Part shown: piece by piece, positions 61,214-64,000 of the stretch
How the letters are laid out: every line of letters starts with the position of its first letter
How positions within the stretch are numbered: position 1 is the first letter of the stretch
Source of the DNA: Podarcis cretensis
Lineage: Eukaryota
Direction: 5' to 3'
Assembly (NCBI GenBank): GCA_951804945.1
Contig: OX638149.1
Location: forward strand, 94,364,001 to 94,428,000
Length of the DNA: 64,000 nucleotides
Program-made: the position numbers and the translations under genes
Notes under the pieces: model-generated
The model's database searches: none
What the model was told of the DNA's origin: nothing
The model's input: only the letters and a program-made list of their open reading frames with translations

Positions 61214-64000
61214 AGAGTTTGGGCTTGTACTGAATTTTGTGACCCTCTGGGATCTACAAACATTTATCTACTCTACAGGAGCTGTTCAGGAATCATCAAC
61301 TCCAACTAAATTAACTCTAAATGGTATTTGGCTGACCAGTGAGTTTGGGATCTTGGAGATTATCTTCCGATATTAAGTTTTAACCTGGAGAGTTCAGGGG
61401 AGCATATTTTCCTTCACTTGCTTCCCGCACATCTTCCTCCAATAGGTTTTTGTTTGTGGCTCACCCCACCACAGCACTCAAATCTCCCATGCAAGGAGAT
61501 AACAAGGATACATTTCTAAAATTCAGATGTTTGAGTTCTGTAAAACTAAAAGGCTTCCCTGCTGTTAATTTCGCCTCATCAAAATGCTCCCCAATTCAAT
61601 CCCTAGAGAGAAATCTGAGACACAGACAAATAGCAGCTCAAATATGCATCATTATCATTGCACCAACTAGGCTTCTAAGTGGTTTCTTTTTTAAAAGAAG
61701 ACAGTGAGAAATGGCTTGTGTATTGCTTTTTTAGCAATGACTAACCACGCCAACCTCTCCCTTTTTGCTCCCCCCCCCCTTTTTTTATTGCACGGTTAGA
61801 AGGGTTGCATTTTGCTTCCTACACAAGCACAATTATGAAGCTGTTTGATGAACAGGAGGGCTGATTAGCTGGTGCCTATTACAAAAGGAGACAGATACAA
61901 CTTGTGACAATGCTGTGCCTCTTTTAAGCTGCTGCCTTCACCTGCGTCCATTACAGAACTATCTAAAATCACTGGACCAGATTTTTTCTTTGGTTGGGGT
62001 GGAAAGGGGGGAGATCATCTATCATACCAGGCACTGACATAATAAAAGATAGCAATAAACTGTAAGATGATAATAAAAATCTAGCAATGTTCTTCCAAGT
62101 GGTTAAATTAAGCTTGTAAGTAGTTCTCAATGCGACAGATGAATCACAGTCAAACATCACCCTATTCTAAACAGACAAGGAGAAAGTTTAAATTATGTGC
62201 TGCATGAGGTGCAGGCTTTTCATACTACCTCTGCCTGCACAAAAAATTTTTAGAGCACTGTAAGGATTTTCAGCCTAATCAGACTCCCAACAAGCTCTGA
62301 AGCAAGGACTGGCTAATTACATATTTAGAATTTTACATATTTATGTAATCCAGAAATTCATCAAATCCTAAATTTGGGAAATGTCAGCATTTGAACTGCT
62401 TTCTTCTATTTGACAACCTAACTGCTTGTTATTTGACTATTTGGAAACCATCTTTCAAAATGGTTTAGCTGAAGTAGAAAAACCCAGATTTGTTGGCGGC
62501 AAAGAGTATGTTATGCGATGTATGAGAAACCATTTGCTCATAAACATTTACCTTTCATTGCTCTGGAATGTGGAATACAAAATCTGAGGTCATAAATCAC
62601 TAGTCAGTGATGGAAAAGCTCCAGCCTGTGGACCAAGTCTGGCCTCCCAAGCCTCACCATTTTGCCCATGAGGCTGTTTTTCCCAAACCAGGCACACCTG
62701 CCTCACACCTGATATCATATGTGATGTCATTTGTGGGGCAGGTAGAGTCACAACTGGATCAGCTGCAGAAAGCAGGATAGAACTCCCCACACATCATGTG
62801 ATGCACAAGGAGTTCAATCCCACGGGTTCAGCTACTTTGCAGGGTGCAGGGTACCTGCATGCACATCAGCTGATGTGCAGGGTGTTCAATTCTCCTTGGA
62901 TATTAACCTGCAAAGTTCTTACCTGGCCCTACCCACAGAAGGCCGATATTTTTAAAAATCCAGCATTGGAAACTCTAAGAAGCAAATGACAAGAATCAAT
63001 GACTGATATTGTTATAGAAATGAAATAAGTAGAGTCATGATGGTAACAAGCAATGAACCCTGCAGGACAGGCCTTGCAATCTAGTTATGACCTTTGTTGA
63101 AATTTACACAGGACACCCAAATCATGCAGCAGCAGGGGGCAAACAAAAACGAATCAATATAGAAGGTATAAAATTCCTAACTGTCACACTCTAGCTTGGT
63201 TCACACATAACAATAAGCTATTGGTGTTTAATAAGCTATGAATGAACCACAAGTTGTCCCATGACTTGTTTTGTTTTCAGATGTTCTTGCCTCAGGCCTT
63301 TGTAGGTTGGTGAGCCTCTAAGATGAAGTAGCCAAGCAAACTATGGTTAAGGAAGAGTGCTGGATATGCATATAATACCAAGTAAACAACAAAAAATGGC
63401 TGCAGATCATGGATTGTCGGCAGTAAACAAACCAAAGCTAGGTCACTGGACAGTATTTGAATGATCAAACAAACCATGGCTTAGAATTATATGCAAGCCA
63501 ACTACTATGCTCAAGCAGGCTGCCCTCCCTATCACTGATCACCTAAGCATGTTCTTAAACTGGACAAGAGAACACTAGGATTAACATGAGACACCAACAA
63601 ACTGGTTAAATCTCTTAAGAATAAGCATAGTCTAAGCACAAAACCTAGTTATTCTCTTTATGACACCTTTAAAGAGTATGTTTTCAATTAGCAAACCAGA
63701 CTGTATTTGAAATAGAAGCTAATTTCCTACAAATAGCAGCCTATCTCAGAAATGTGGAAGCTGAGTCAGAATGGGTCATCAAGAAGTTCAGTACTGACAG
63801 CAATAAAATACTTTTGGATGCTAGGGCAATAGTTCAGAGCCTAAGCACTGAAATCAGCAAACCAAGGCAAAATAAAGGTTATAACTATAGCTGTATGATT
63901 TGTCACTAGGTATTTCATGAGTCACTACTAGTCACTTTTCCATTAGCTGGTTTTTTTTTTTTCTTACCGGAAATAAATTCAAACAGCATTCCAAGTACTG

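Noticed and set aside
60519-64000. Next upstream ADCY5 exon; donor-like sites near 62551, 62922 and 63967 on the minus strand
   Set aside because: None translates to the expected hydrophobic segment ending ...SCVK; the exon probably lies beyond the window.

Overview
Squamate (lizard, probably lacertid, judging by the Sauria SINE and tRNA-Lys/CR1 SINE sequences) nuclear DNA with the gene order PDIA5 (+) / SEC22A (+) / ADCY5 (-), which is also the order at human 3q21. The window holds the last coding exon of PDIA5 (682-762, ending KDEL) and the complete SEC22A gene: a CpG-island promoter near 21.5-22.1 kb, an inferred non-coding exon 1, and six coding exons that join in frame to 308 aa. It also holds the last nine coding exons of adenylate cyclase 5 on the minus strand, including a 33-nt microexon that the ORF track misses. 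The rest is intronic or intergenic DNA rich in Sauria SINEs, Tc1/mariner-like and hAT-like MITEs, and L1, L2, CR1 and BovB fragments. I find no new protein-coding system, CRISPR array or intact autonomous element. The best leads are cis-regulatory or RNA-structural: ER-stress motifs around SEC22A (perfect ERSE-II in intron 2; near-ERSE-II, CRE and UPRE-like sites at the promoter), two overlapping uORFs in the inferred SEC22A leader, a 99-bp near-perfect inverted repeat in SEC22A intron 3, a pre-miRNA-sized perfect hairpin inside a hAT MITE, and the ADCY5 microexon with a duplicated N-glycosylation sequon next to a possible poison exon. Orthologue comparisons and exon numbers are from memory of the human genes and were not checked against a database.
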